From the IMG/VR virus record IMGVR_UViG_3300042922_000923, positions 32,001 to 96,000 of that record: DNA of 64,000 nucleotides; one strand, written 5' to 3'. This document shows, piece after piece, positions 37,617-47,546 of this stretch (the stretch's first letter is position 1; the number at the start of each line of letters is the position of its first letter). The stretch comes from a virus. The notes under the pieces are model-generated. The model was not told the DNA's origin. It saw only the letters and a list, made by a program, of their open reading frames with translations, and searched no databases. Both the position numbers and the translations under genes were made by a program.

Positions 37617-38810
37617 TTAGTTAATACATGCACCATTTGAATCAAAGGTATATTGAACTCCATCAATTAAAATTGTACAGTCAGTATAACAATAACCTTT
37701 ATCAATATCTAAATAATATTTTTTAGCAGGACTTTCATAGAACCAACCAGTTAGCATAGCTCCATCAGAACCTACTCTATACCATTTTTCTTTCCAGAGT
37801 ATCCATTTATCTGTTGCCATTGCACAAGTTTGTGCTTCAAAGTAATACCATTTATCTTTCCAAATTACCCAGTCTCCATCTACAGCATAGATATCATTAA
37901 AATAGTACCAAAGATATTTTATTTGTTTCCAGCAATCCTTAGCTAATGTTACACCATCCTCAGAGTATATCCATTTTCCTGTAGAATCAGTATCCCATCC
38001 TACTCTATAGTTTACTATTACAGGTTTATTTATAGGCTTATCTGTAATCATATAATAGTCATTAATTATACTAGAATTTTCATCTAGCCAAAGATTATGA
38101 TCCCATGCACCACTCCATGAATTAAAAAGTTCATATTTTCCTGATTGAGTTCCTAATTGATATCCAATAATAAGCATTTCATGATTTCCTAGTTTTGTTC
38201 CTTCAGGATCTGTAGGAATTTCGTAGTTATTATTTATTGCTTGATAGAAATTAGAATAAACTTTAACACTTATAAGAACAGGAATACCTTGTGCTAATAA
38301 TCCGTAAACTTCACTAGCATCTACTTTTACATATCCATTAATTTTATTAGTAGCTGCATTTTCAAATATTTCATCTTTATTTGGATTATTCATTAATTCA
38401 TCACGAATGGCAGGGTACTCTTCTGCAATGTTGAAAAGGTCTAGCAAAGGTATACCTTCTTTTCTTGCATGGTCTAGAACTTGCCTTTCATAGCATCCTA
38501 TACCTTGAAAGTCAGAATCATCTCTGTCAGCATATAAAAACCACCATGACAAAGCTTTTTTAGAACCTTTTAGATACATTATACTAGAAGCAGTGGCACA
38601 ACACGTACAGGCCCCTATAGAGCCTTGGTCAACCTTAATAGGTAAGTTTATAGGCAAATGAATATTATTACGCTCTGTGGAGTCAATAGAGGCTATTCCT
38701 GACACCATATCAAGAGTATAGTCACGTAAGTCAATAGGCTGGTCTTCAGGAATTAAAGGATGCTTTTTTAACATATCTTGGATATACTTATCATTAATTA
38801 CAGTATTCAT
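37617..38810 (-). CDS. Papain-like (C1) cysteine peptidase with cell-wall-binding repeats
   Basis: DQGSIGACT (Q/C), GNHEMLIIGY (H), FNSW (N); C-terminal WYYF repeats. Confidence 0.85.
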   Translation of the reverse strand: MNTVINDKYIQDMLKKHPLIPEDQPIDLRDYTLDMVSGIASIDSTERNNIHLPINLPIKVDQGSIGACTCCATASSIMYLKGSKKALSWWFLYADRDDSDFQGIGCYERQVLDHARKEGIPLLDLFNIAEEYPAIRDELMNNPNKDEIFENAATNKINGYVKVDASEVYGLLAQGIPVLISVKVYSNFYQAINNNYEIPTDPEGTKLGNHEMLIIGYQLGTQSGKYELFNSWSGAWDHNLWLDENSSIINDYYMITDKPINKPVIVNYRVGWDTDSTGKWIYSEDGVTLAKDCWKQIKYLWYYFNDIYAVDGDWVIWKDKWYYFEAQTCAMATDKWILWKEKWYRVGSDGAMLTGWFYESPAKKYYLDIDKGYCYTDCTILIDGVQYTFDSNGACIN

Positions 38811-38837
38811 ATAATCATACCTTTCTTTTTATGTTTA

Positions 38838-38863
38838 AAAAAGTAACCCATGAGGTTACTTTT
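38838..38863 (-). terminator. Intrinsic terminator
   Basis: AAAAGTAACC/GGTTACTTTT stem. Confidence 0.6.
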
Positions 38864-38867
38864 ATTG

Positions 38868-39446
38868 CTATTGAGCAGCTGTTGAATTTTCAGTTGTATT
38901 AGCAAGTATAGACTGAGTATCTGTAGCTTCTACTTTAGGTGTAGTAAAAGCTGCTTGTACATTATCTGGAATTGAACTAAGCTTACCCTCAAGATCTTCA
39001 GCTTTTGATGTTAAAGTAGCTATTGTAGCTTGCATTGTAGCTGCTTCAGCTTGAAGCTGTTTAATTATGCTTGATTGGTCAATTACAGAAGATTTTCCCT
39101 GATTTACTTCACCAGCTATAGCTTGCCTTAACGATGTTAATTCATCTTGAGTCAATCCAGGTATCTTTTTAAGCATCAACTTATCAAATTCATCAGCTTT
39201 AGATCCTAGTGCTGTAGCAATGCTGTCAGTTATTCTAAACTTTTCATCTATTTCATAGAATGATTCCCATGCAGTCTTAACAACTTCTTCTTTACCAGCA
39301 TCTTTAATCTGAGCTTCAGCTAGTTCCCTCTTTTTAACTAAATAAGCAGTAACATTTTTTCCAACCTCTTTAATTATAAGAACCAGTGCACCAACGATTG
39401 CAGTATCTAAATATGGAACAAGTTGACCGAAAAAAAACTCTTTCAT
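38868..39446 (-). CDS. Putative holin (N-terminal TM, coiled-coil tail)
   Basis: One TM helix; LL-H-holin-like K..EF...L..K.PGLT.DEL...AI.GEVN; directly upstream of lysins. Confidence 0.55.
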   Translation of the reverse strand: MKEFFFGQLVPYLDTAIVGALVLIIKEVGKNVTAYLVKKRELAEAQIKDAGKEEVVKTAWESFYEIDEKFRITDSIATALGSKADEFDKLMLKKIPGLTQDELTSLRQAIAGEVNQGKSSVIDQSSIIKQLQAEAATMQATIATLTSKAEDLEGKLSSIPDNVQAAFTTPKVEATDTQSILANTTENSTAAQ

Positions 39447-39528
39447 TTTAAATTCCCTCCTGTATTTTACTTAAAGGCTTCTTGCCTTTCTAGTAATAAT
39501 ATTAGTTCAGTAACAAGAGAGTTTTATG

Positions 39529-40212
39529 TTAAAGTGAATAATTTTTGAACTTAAGACCATTTAAATCTCCATTCAGAGAGTTTAGAGTATGTTGAGCATC
39601 ATTAAGCAAGTCAGAATACACAGAACAATAAGTATCGAAAATAGATACAGCCTTAGAATAAGCATCCTTATAAAAAAGAGAAGCACAGCATACTGTATAG
39701 ATTGTTTCCATGACGTACTGGATTCTAGGATAATGCCAACATTCAAATTTTTTACTCACTATTTTTAGGCACTCACGCTCTTCAGCTGTATAGCTATCAT
39801 CTTTTAAGAAGAATATCTCCATTTCAGATAAACTTTGTTCTATATTATTTTTGAACATAGTGTATATCTCAGTGGAGGATATATCCTGATTGGTGTCAAG
39901 TCTTTCATCTATTTCTTCAGCTAGAGCTAATAATGTGTCATATCCTATTTTTATTTTTGCTAATAAAAGACAACGGAATACTGCTTCTTTTCCTTTATTT
40001 GGAATAGAAAAAGTAGTTTCTACTTGATTTGTATACATGGTTAGTCTGTTAAAAAGAATATGTGTAGCTAACTTTGGCTTTTCTGCTGCCGCCTTTTTTT
40101 GCTTTAAACAGTATTCAAGCTTCACTTTTCTAAAATCAAAGTACGCTTTAAGTCCTATTCCAAGCAAGCTTCCTGCTAAACTTACTAGCGCAACTATTAT
40201 TTCTATCTGCAT
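39529..40212 (-). CDS. Membrane-anchored protein in lysis module
   Basis: N-terminal TM IIVALVSLAGSLLGI; AAGGAG RBS. Confidence 0.6.
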   Translation of the reverse strand: MQIEIIVALVSLAGSLLGIGLKAYFDFRKVKLEYCLKQKKAAAEKPKLATHILFNRLTMYTNQVETTFSIPNKGKEAVFRCLLLAKIKIGYDTLLALAEEIDERLDTNQDISSTEIYTMFKNNIEQSLSEMEIFFLKDDSYTAEERECLKIVSKKFECWHYPRIQYVMETIYTVCCASLFYKDAYSKAVSIFDTYCSVYSDLLNDAQHTLNSLNGDLNGLKFKNYSL

Positions 40213-40271
40213 AATTATCAGCTCCTTTACTAGTAATATCAAAACACTACATAGTATTATTTCTGAGGTAT

Positions 40272-40296
40272 AAAAAAAGAGCGATTTACGCTCTTT
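40272..40296 (-). terminator. Intrinsic terminator
   Basis: AAAGAGCG/CGCTCTTT with A run on plus strand. Confidence 0.65.
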
Positions 40297-40326
40297 AAGG
40301 AATATACTATATATGTTGTTTACTAC

Positions 40327-40431
40327 TCAATTTTTTCCTATTGTAGTTTTGCTTATAATTTTTAAATATGCAGTTCCAAAGTTTATTTCTTTCCCACAAA
40401 AATTTTTACTTGTGTTTATTTGTAAAGCCAT
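40327..40431 (-). pseudogene. Short, apparently truncated ORF after tailspike
   Basis: MALQINTSKNFCGKEINFGTAYLKIISKTTIGKN*, good RBS AGAAGG. Confidence 0.4.
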
Positions 40432-40452
40432 AACATTAACCTTCTTTCTAAT

Positions 40453-41958
40453 TTATTGGGTATCATACTCAACATTTATCATGTAATAATAAAACTTTCC
40501 TGTATCGGCTGTGCTTGATTTTATTTTTAAAGTTGTACCATCTATATAACCATATCCTATGCCATCAATCTCATAGCCAGATATTCCCATGCCAACCGCG
40601 AAATACTTTGCAACAGCGTGGCCTAGATAGTAAGGGAATGTACCTACCGTTGTATCACTAGATGTTAAGGCGGAGGTGGTTTTGCAATAAAGTTCTAATA
40701 TAACTCTTTTATTTTTCTTTGTTATAACATTTCTAGTTCCTATTTGTGTGAAGCCACTTGCTAATGTAACTGATGATTTTATAATATTTATGTCATCCGA
40801 ATATCCAAAATAGGTGTTGTTATCTATATAACCCATGAATTTTGTTTTATCAATATTACTAAATTGTCCACTACCCGTAATTCCAGTAGTATCATAGTTA
40901 ACTGTTGTTAAATATGAATTAGTGAGAGAAAAATATTTAGCTGAATTTTCACTGTCTGTGTCAAAATAAAAAAGATATGGATTAGTCGAAACGTTGGGTG
41001 CTTTATATACTAATATATTATAAGAAGGGTATAATTCAGTAATAACTGGTCTATGGAGAGTTCCTATAACATAAAAAGCATATTGATATGAATCAGGACT
41101 ACTTTTTGAAATAATTGGGCTTCCATTTAATTTGCACCATATAGAGCCTTCTAATAAAGTTGTGTCCCATATCCATAAATGTATCTCAGTAAAAATACTA
41201 GTTCCCTCAGTATACCAGCCAATGTAATTATCAACGCCGAATATTTTAGTAAAATGGCAGTCGTTTGTCGTAACTTTAAACCCCATACCGGCAGTTGTTT
41301 TTCCTTTTATTGTCATCTCGCTGAATCTTAATTCATATCCAGATACAACATTAAATCCAATCCCTGTGTTATTTAAATATTCTATACATTCAACAATTCC
41401 CCGTCTACCGTACGTAACATGAAGCCCTTCACCAGCTAAACTATTCATATCTAGTATTATATTTTTTATGTGTAAAAAATCCGAATCAGTGTTTATATCA
41501 ATCATTTTAGAAACTGCCGAAACTGCTTTTATTGTTGCATAATTTAAATTCATTTTTATAGCATCTGTGATCGATAGTGTTGAACTTATTAAGTAAATTT
41601 GAGATTCGCTAGATTCTAATCTTAAATTATTTGCAATTGCATAATCTATAGCGCTTTGTAAATTAACTGTGTCGTCTGTTATTCCATCACCAATACAACC
41701 AAACATTTCAGGGCATACCCATTTTGTTTTCTTCGCTACATCTGACAATTGTGCAGTATTTTCATTTACTGCATTAACTAAATCTTTATTAGTAGTATTT
41801 AACTTACTAGTGTCACCAACTTCATTTGTATAAATATATTCTAAAGTTTTACCATTATTTAAGATAACTGCATCTCCAGAAGTATATACATCAACGTCCT
41901 CAACATCATCTGAATCTTCAAGTATTGCGTGGATACGTGCTTTTTTTAGGTTAGACAT
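40453..41958 (-). CDS. Tailspike/receptor-binding protein with pectate-lyase-like beta-helix
   Basis: PEMFGCIGDGITDDTVNLQSAID motif, repetitive beta strands, N-terminal trimer anchor. Confidence 0.8.
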   Translation of the reverse strand: MSNLKKARIHAILEDSDDVEDVDVYTSGDAVILNNGKTLEYIYTNEVGDTSKLNTTNKDLVNAVNENTAQLSDVAKKTKWVCPEMFGCIGDGITDDTVNLQSAIDYAIANNLRLESSESQIYLISSTLSITDAIKMNLNYATIKAVSAVSKMIDINTDSDFLHIKNIILDMNSLAGEGLHVTYGRRGIVECIEYLNNTGIGFNVVSGYELRFSEMTIKGKTTAGMGFKVTTNDCHFTKIFGVDNYIGWYTEGTSIFTEIHLWIWDTTLLEGSIWCKLNGSPIISKSSPDSYQYAFYVIGTLHRPVITELYPSYNILVYKAPNVSTNPYLFYFDTDSENSAKYFSLTNSYLTTVNYDTTGITGSGQFSNIDKTKFMGYIDNNTYFGYSDDINIIKSSVTLASGFTQIGTRNVITKKNKRVILELYCKTTSALTSSDTTVGTFPYYLGHAVAKYFAVGMGISGYEIDGIGYGYIDGTTLKIKSSTADTGKFYYYMINVEYDTQ

Positions 41959-41972
41959 TTTAATCGACCTCC

Positions 41973-42221
41973 TTAGTCAATGTATATTTCTAAATCTGGA
42001 TCAGTTTTAGTAACAGTCCCATCTTCTAGAGTAAGTCCAATAGCATAACTCATAATACTTGCGTCCTTTATTTTGAAATAAAGCATAGCATCCTTACGTT
42101 CTGGAACTATAGGAAGTGTTGTACCCTCATAAAGAATATCTCTATTATCTAATTCAGAAATTACGTCTACAACCTGAGTAAAAATCTCCTTCATATTGTC
42201 TTTATTTAAATCAATATTCAT
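41973..42221 (-). CDS. Small structural-region protein
   Basis: 82 aa with RBS. Confidence 0.65.
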   Translation of the reverse strand: MNIDLNKDNMKEIFTQVVDVISELDNRDILYEGTTLPIVPERKDAMLYFKIKDASIMSYAIGLTLEDGTVTKTDPDLEIYID

Positions 42222-42231
42222 AAACTTTCAC

Positions 42232-42402
42232 CTACTTTGTATCTAGAGTTTGATTAGTGGAACTATTTATTTGCTCCTGGAGCTTATCAAATTTTTCAGA
42301 TAAGCTTTGGTAATTTTCTTTTAAATCTATAATATCTTTTTCAGCTGGAGTTAAATCAAATATTAAAGCACCTGAATGCTTGTCTTTTCTTATATCTGGC
42401 AT
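42232..42402 (-). CDS. Small coiled-coil protein following the adsorption protein
   Basis: Manual ORF MPDIRKDKHSGALIFDLT...; GAGGTG RBS. Confidence 0.65.
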   Translation of the reverse strand: MPDIRKDKHSGALIFDLTPAEKDIIDLKENYQSLSEKFDKLQEQINSSTNQTLDTK

Positions 42403-42457
42403 AAATTATTCACCTCTTTATAAATTTTTGGGGAACTTATTTAAGCTCCCCTATTAT

Positions 42458-45400
42458 TTATTTTATTATATTCATGAAATTCTTAGCTTTTGGAATAACA
42501 GTTGGATCTGCTGTGGATAGATTAACTCTAGCTCTAAACTTAGTTGCAGTAGCACCACCAGCAAGAGTTGTCTGGAAGGTATACTTAGTATACTCTGTGT
42601 CTACTGTAGCAGTTGATACTTGAGTTGCAGTTACCCAAGAAGATTCAGTTGTTCCATTTCCATCTGTACAGAACTGAACTGTTGCTGTGCATCCTGAAGG
42701 TAACTTAAGGTCCACAACCTGTTTTACAGTTGTAAAAGGCTGAGACATTACTACATTTTTTGTAACATAAGAACCAGAAGTCTTAAATAACAATGTTTCT
42801 AGTCTTATTAAATCAGAACTTAGAACCGGGGAAACTAATTGTGTTCCAGTAAATTTAGCTCTTATTTGAACTTTAGATGTAACTGCACCTAAGTATGTGA
42901 GAACATAAGGAGTTAATGAGAACCAGTTATTAGTATTCTTTGTTATATCATTGTCAGTTCTATATTCCCATACACAATTACAGCCTATTGGTAAAATAGC
43001 ATCAGTATCAAGGTATAATACATTAGCATTTACATTAATAGGATTAAATACAGCTATACCTGATGGATTAAATTTCTGTGATAAAAGTTTCATCTTAAGG
43101 TCCATGTTTTGGTTTGGAGTCCATGTTAACGCGTTACTTGATGTAAATAGAACACCACCAGCATTAATTTGACTAGATACTTTAGCACCAGTTAGAATAT
43201 CTGTCTTACCTACTGTTGAAGTAAATAATTGATAATCTGTGCTATCTGATTCAATGATAATACAATATTGCTTGTCTCCATCACAATATATTGGATTATC
43301 AAAGATAACAGTAGTTTCAGAAGTACCTTTAGCACTAACATTAACCTGATTAGGAGTTAAAACCTTAGCTGCATACTGAGTAGTACTAGGGAAACCATTA
43401 TCCATTCCTCTTAGCTCTATAGTTACATTAGATGAATTTGATTTGGTTAAGAAGTATAATGTAACTCCTGAAATAAAACAAGAATCGTCTAAGCTAAAGC
43501 TTTGTGCTACTGGATCATAAGGTTTATAAATTGTATTTACATGATTTATAGTTTGATAAGTATCATATACTATTCCAGTGCTTGTAAATATTGATGAACC
43601 TGTTACAGTTGCATTAGATCCTGAAACATCAGACAACGTACCAGTAATAACTACTTTCTTTGTTCCTGTTAATACGTTAGGAGGAATTACAAAGGTTCCT
43701 TGTGTATATCCATTTACATCTGCTTTTAATGTCCCGGGTTTAGTACCTACGTATGCTGCTTGTGCAGAACATGTAACTTGTATTCCATCAAATGTTACAA
43801 CTAGATTATCTTGATAAGGCATGAAATTATAACCAGTAACAGTTATAGTATCTTGAGGAATGTATAAATATAATCTTGATTTAATACTTGTAGTAACTGT
43901 TATGTTATTAGTTTCTGATGCCTGAAGTGTTTCATAGTAGTATTGGTTTCTATAGTATTTTGAAGCAACAATATTATTTGTTATATTTTGATAAGTATCT
44001 GTAGTATATACATTTCCTACTTGAGATGTAGCTGAAGGTGAAAGTGAAACTACAGCTGACTTAGTATATATAGCATAAGGATTGACCGATAAGGTTTCAG
44101 TAGCATTACTTTGATTTAATAGTACATTTGTAGCACTTACAGATTTTGAAAATATATTTGAACCTATTTTATTTACAGATGAATTTACTGTATCTAAAGT
44201 CAAATAAGTAGATGCTCTTGTAAAATCAGGAAGCAACACTCTCTCAGTAACATCTAGTGAAGATTTAAATAAACTATGAGTTAAGTCACATTTATCAAAG
44301 TTTACAAAAGAGTCTGTAAGAATACCTTTTAAACTTGATGCTGATTCACCTTGCATAGCTGTAGAATCTAAGTTGCTTATAGCATCGTTATATTCCAAAT
44401 CTTCAATACGCTGCATCATCGCCCACAATTTTTCAATAGTGAATCTTTGAATTGCGTTATTGTTAATTTCAATGTTATCTGAATTTGCGGAAATAGTAAC
44501 TATTCCAAGTCTAAAATAATCAATATTATTAAAGTCAGGGCAAGCTACTCTATCATAAATATCTGATTCACCTTTAAGAACATATATGTTTCCTTCTTTA
44601 TCCATAACAACAACATCTTGTCTACTTAAATAGAAAGTATAAGTTATAGTGAAAGAAGTAGTATCTACAGGAAGATCACCAGTCATACCTGTAAAATCTA
44701 TATAGTCTCCAGTAGTATCACTTGTTAGCTTGTAATCAAAATCTTTAGCAAGAGTTTTGTTGTATCTCCAAATACAAGTATAAGTTGACCCTATTGCAGG
44801 TTCTGCACCAGATAAACTCCAATCTATAGAATTTCCTGTAAGTTGATAATCAGTACCTTTTACATAAGTAGTACTACCTGCTGTTATGCTAGTTATATCT
44901 ACAACTGGTGTTGCAGGTAAAAGGTCTGAGCCTCCAGCAGTATTACCTCTTGTTATTGTTTGAGTTCTTGAAACTTGAGCTATTATCTCTTCAACAGCAC
45001 AAGCTGGAGAATTATTTAATTTATATTTACTAGTACCAGTATGATATATTTTAGGTTCTCCAATAACTTCTCTAGTATCTTTTGCTTTGTCTGCATAGAT
45101 AATAGTTGCAGCTTGCTTTGTTATAGCATATCCTTTTACATAAGCTTTTCCTGCATTTACAGAAAGTTTTAATTGTGTACCATCTCCACTTTCTTCCTTC
45201 TTATCTATTATTTCTAATCCAAATACTTTGTAGTTTCCTACTTCATCATAAGTTCTACTTGCTAGAGCTTCATTTACTACTGCAAGGTCAGTAACAGTAT
45301 TACTATTAATTAATGATCCATCTTGAAGCTTATAAATAACTTGAGCAGTACTATTGTTAGCAACTATAGCAATAGTTTCTTGTAACCTATGTGCTCCAGG

Positions 45401-45802
45401 CAAACCATAATTTTCTTCATTTTCAGCAGGATCTAGTAAACTGTTATCTTCAGATTCTGTAATTATAGTTTGATTAATTAGAGCACCTATAGTTTCCTCT
45501 CCAATACCTGTAATTGTAACGTGAGACTCATGTACGTCTCTAACTAAACCAGACATATAAATTTTTCCAGGACTGATTGTAACGTTAGTTCCTGATATTA
45601 TAATTTCACAACCAGAAATTATGGTACCTTCAGTTACAAGGGTATCTGATATTCTTTTTAAGTATTCTCTTTGAATAGCTTGAGTTTCATTTACTTCTTG
45701 TGCCTGTTCTACGTATCCAGCTCTGTAGAGTACAGCTGTGTAATTTTTGCTTGCATCATATCTATTGTAATAAGGATCTCCATTGGTAATTACTGAACTC
45801 AT
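42458..45802 (-). CDS. Adsorption-associated tail/baseplate protein (DUF4815-like)
   Basis: PYYNRYD...Q..E.NE.Q, GAHRL, RTYDEVGNY, GKAYVKG, DPVAQSF. Confidence 0.85.
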   Translation of the reverse strand: MSSVITNGDPYYNRYDASKNYTAVLYRAGYVEQAQEVNETQAIQREYLKRISDTLVTEGTIISGCEIIISGTNVTISPGKIYMSGLVRDVHESHVTITGIGEETIGALINQTIITESEDNSLLDPAENEENYGLPGAHRLQETIAIVANNSTAQVIYKLQDGSLINSNTVTDLAVVNEALASRTYDEVGNYKVFGLEIIDKKEESGDGTQLKLSVNAGKAYVKGYAITKQAATIIYADKAKDTREVIGEPKIYHTGTSKYKLNNSPACAVEEIIAQVSRTQTITRGNTAGGSDLLPATPVVDITSITAGSTTYVKGTDYQLTGNSIDWSLSGAEPAIGSTYTCIWRYNKTLAKDFDYKLTSDTTGDYIDFTGMTGDLPVDTTSFTITYTFYLSRQDVVVMDKEGNIYVLKGESDIYDRVACPDFNNIDYFRLGIVTISANSDNIEINNNAIQRFTIEKLWAMMQRIEDLEYNDAISNLDSTAMQGESASSLKGILTDSFVNFDKCDLTHSLFKSSLDVTERVLLPDFTRASTYLTLDTVNSSVNKIGSNIFSKSVSATNVLLNQSNATETLSVNPYAIYTKSAVVSLSPSATSQVGNVYTTDTYQNITNNIVASKYYRNQYYYETLQASETNNITVTTSIKSRLYLYIPQDTITVTGYNFMPYQDNLVVTFDGIQVTCSAQAAYVGTKPGTLKADVNGYTQGTFVIPPNVLTGTKKVVITGTLSDVSGSNATVTGSSIFTSTGIVYDTYQTINHVNTIYKPYDPVAQSFSLDDSCFISGVTLYFLTKSNSSNVTIELRGMDNGFPSTTQYAAKVLTPNQVNVSAKGTSETTVIFDNPIYCDGDKQYCIIIESDSTDYQLFTSTVGKTDILTGAKVSSQINAGGVLFTSSNALTWTPNQNMDLKMKLLSQKFNPSGIAVFNPINVNANVLYLDTDAILPIGCNCVWEYRTDNDITKNTNNWFSLTPYVLTYLGAVTSKVQIRAKFTGTQLVSPVLSSDLIRLETLLFKTSGSYVTKNVVMSQPFTTVKQVVDLKLPSGCTATVQFCTDGNGTTESSWVTATQVSTATVDTEYTKYTFQTTLAGGATATKFRARVNLSTADPTVIPKAKNFMNIIK

Positions 45803-45814
45803 GCAATGCACCTC

Positions 45815-46321
45815 CTAAAATTCGATTATAAACGATAGTTTTTCTTTTTGGTCTTTTTGCCTTGTAGTTAGCTTTCTGTTATCTATTAAAAATAAAGTTC
45901 CTTGAGAACTGACCTCTTCAGGAAGCAACGCTGCTTTAGCATCATCAACACCAGCTGCACGTACTAAATCTAAAAGGAGGCCTACCTGTCCGTATTTATC
46001 TAATGGAAGTTCACCGTAATTGATATAACATTCAACATATACCCATTTAGCACCTTGAGTATATATTTGGTTAGCAGGTGTAATTGTCCACCTGGTATCT
46101 CGATATATAATACTTCCTTCTGGATCAGGAATTACTAAATATTTACTTTCACATTTTTTAAAACCTAAAGGTTCGATAACTTCTTTTTGATTAACATTTG
46201 GGGGATCTGGAATATCAGGATTAGACCAATCAGTTTGCTTTCCTAGTCCAAAATAAATATTTGTATTATTAAAAAAAGCTAAAGCTTTTGAACAGTGTCC
46301 ATATAGCGTAGTTACAGCCAT
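45815..46321 (-). CDS. Baseplate structural protein
   Basis: YFGLGK...W...PP, ends SFIIEF (T4 gp8-like wedge pattern). Confidence 0.75.
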   Translation of the reverse strand: MAVTTLYGHCSKALAFFNNTNIYFGLGKQTDWSNPDIPDPPNVNQKEVIEPLGFKKCESKYLVIPDPEGSIIYRDTRWTITPANQIYTQGAKWVYVECYINYGELPLDKYGQVGLLLDLVRAAGVDDAKAALLPEEVSSQGTLFLIDNRKLTTRQKDQKEKLSFIIEF

Positions 46322-46420
46322 AAGTATTCCTCCTTCTATTGTTCTTTTTAACTACTAATAATATAAAACCCTTGGCACTATAGAGTTTAAGAAATACCTA
46401 GATTAATAGAAAAATTTGGC

Positions 46421-46478
46421 TTCTATATGGAAAAAATTTAATATTTTTAAATTAATTCACTTTTTTATTTATATAAGG
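46421..46478 (+). promoter_or_regulatory. Phage-specific promoter-like motif driving inverted island
   Basis: TTCTATATGG...TTTTTTATTTATATAAGG. Confidence 0.5.
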
Positions 46479-46529
46479 ATGCATTCATTTTTTAGCATTC
46501 TAATTAAAATAAGAGAAAGAAGGACTTTT

Positions 46530-47546
46530 ATGAGGTATATAAAAGATATAAACATAAATGAAGTTATTGTTCATGTTTTAAACAAGCAATCGGAGGAACC
46601 ACTTTTAAATGACTTAGAATTGGAACTAGATGAATCAACATACAATTATATTGAAAATTTGATTGTTAAGAGCCTAAATAATCAAAAGCTCTACTATGCT
46701 ACATTTTTGAATAAAGAGGCAGAGACTGAAGTAGAAACATTAGCTGGTCTATATTTTACTGGAAAAGCTGGAGATATAATAGATATATCAAAATCTCTTG
46801 CTACAAGAATGTTCTCATTACTAAGAGGAAATTCTGGTATATCCTCTTGTGATTTGTTAGTTGCTTCTTTAACTACTGATTTAGGACCTCTTTTAGCAAT
46901 ATTAGTTATGGATTATGATAGAACCTTTAAGCATAACATAGAAAAGTTAGATGAAAATACTGTTATAACGCTTGTAAAGGATAAAGAAGGTCTTCCTAAG
47001 ACTGCTGGAAAAGTTCAAAAAGCTGCATTTATACTTCCTCATGGTATGGATACTTTTGATTTAATGGTACTAGATAAAGATCCTAAAAATAATTATTTTT
47101 CAAGTGAATTTTTAAAAGCTAAGTATGTTGCAAATGAAAGAGACTTGACTAAGAGGTTCATTTCATTAACAGAAGCTTGGATTGTAAAAAAACATGCATG
47201 TGATGCAGTAAAGGCAGAAGATGCTAGAAGTACTATAAGGAAGGCTTGTTTATTAGACGATGAAATAGTTCTAGAGGATCTAGCAGATGAACTTTATACT
47301 TCAGAAAGTGACCATGAAGAATTTTTAGATTATTATAAGCAAGCACAGCTGCCTGAAAAACTAGTTTTAGATAGGACCTGGCTTGATGAATCTACAAGTA
47401 AAATAAAATTAAACTTAGAGAATCTTATTAAAGTTGAAATGTATTCTAGCTTATATAACGATCCTAATAGATTTGAAATTCAAGCAAATTCAGATAAAAG
47501 TATAAATATTGTTATAAAGAATATTATGAATTATAGAGAAAACTAG
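46530..47546 (+). CDS. Nucleoid-associated protein, NdpA/YejK (NA37) family
   Basis: MRYIKDININEVIVHVLN..PLLND.EL, SCDLLV, LP....KVQKAAFI, YF...FL. Confidence 0.8.
   Translation: MRYIKDININEVIVHVLNKQSEEPLLNDLELELDESTYNYIENLIVKSLNNQKLYYATFLNKEAETEVETLAGLYFTGKAGDIIDISKSLATRMFSLLRGNSGISSCDLLVASLTTDLGPLLAILVMDYDRTFKHNIEKLDENTVITLVKDKEGLPKTAGKVQKAAFILPHGMDTFDLMVLDKDPKNNYFSSEFLKAKYVANERDLTKRFISLTEAWIVKKHACDAVKAEDARSTIRKACLLDDEIVLEDLADELYTSESDHEEFLDYYKQAQLPEKLVLDRTWLDESTSKIKLNLENLIKVEMYSSLYNDPNRFEIQANSDKSINIVIKNIMNYREN

Noticed and set aside
36600-37990. Tandem ~60 bp degenerate repeats
   Set aside because: Encode cell-wall-binding repeats of the lysins; no reverse transcriptase or TR/VR pair, so not a DGR
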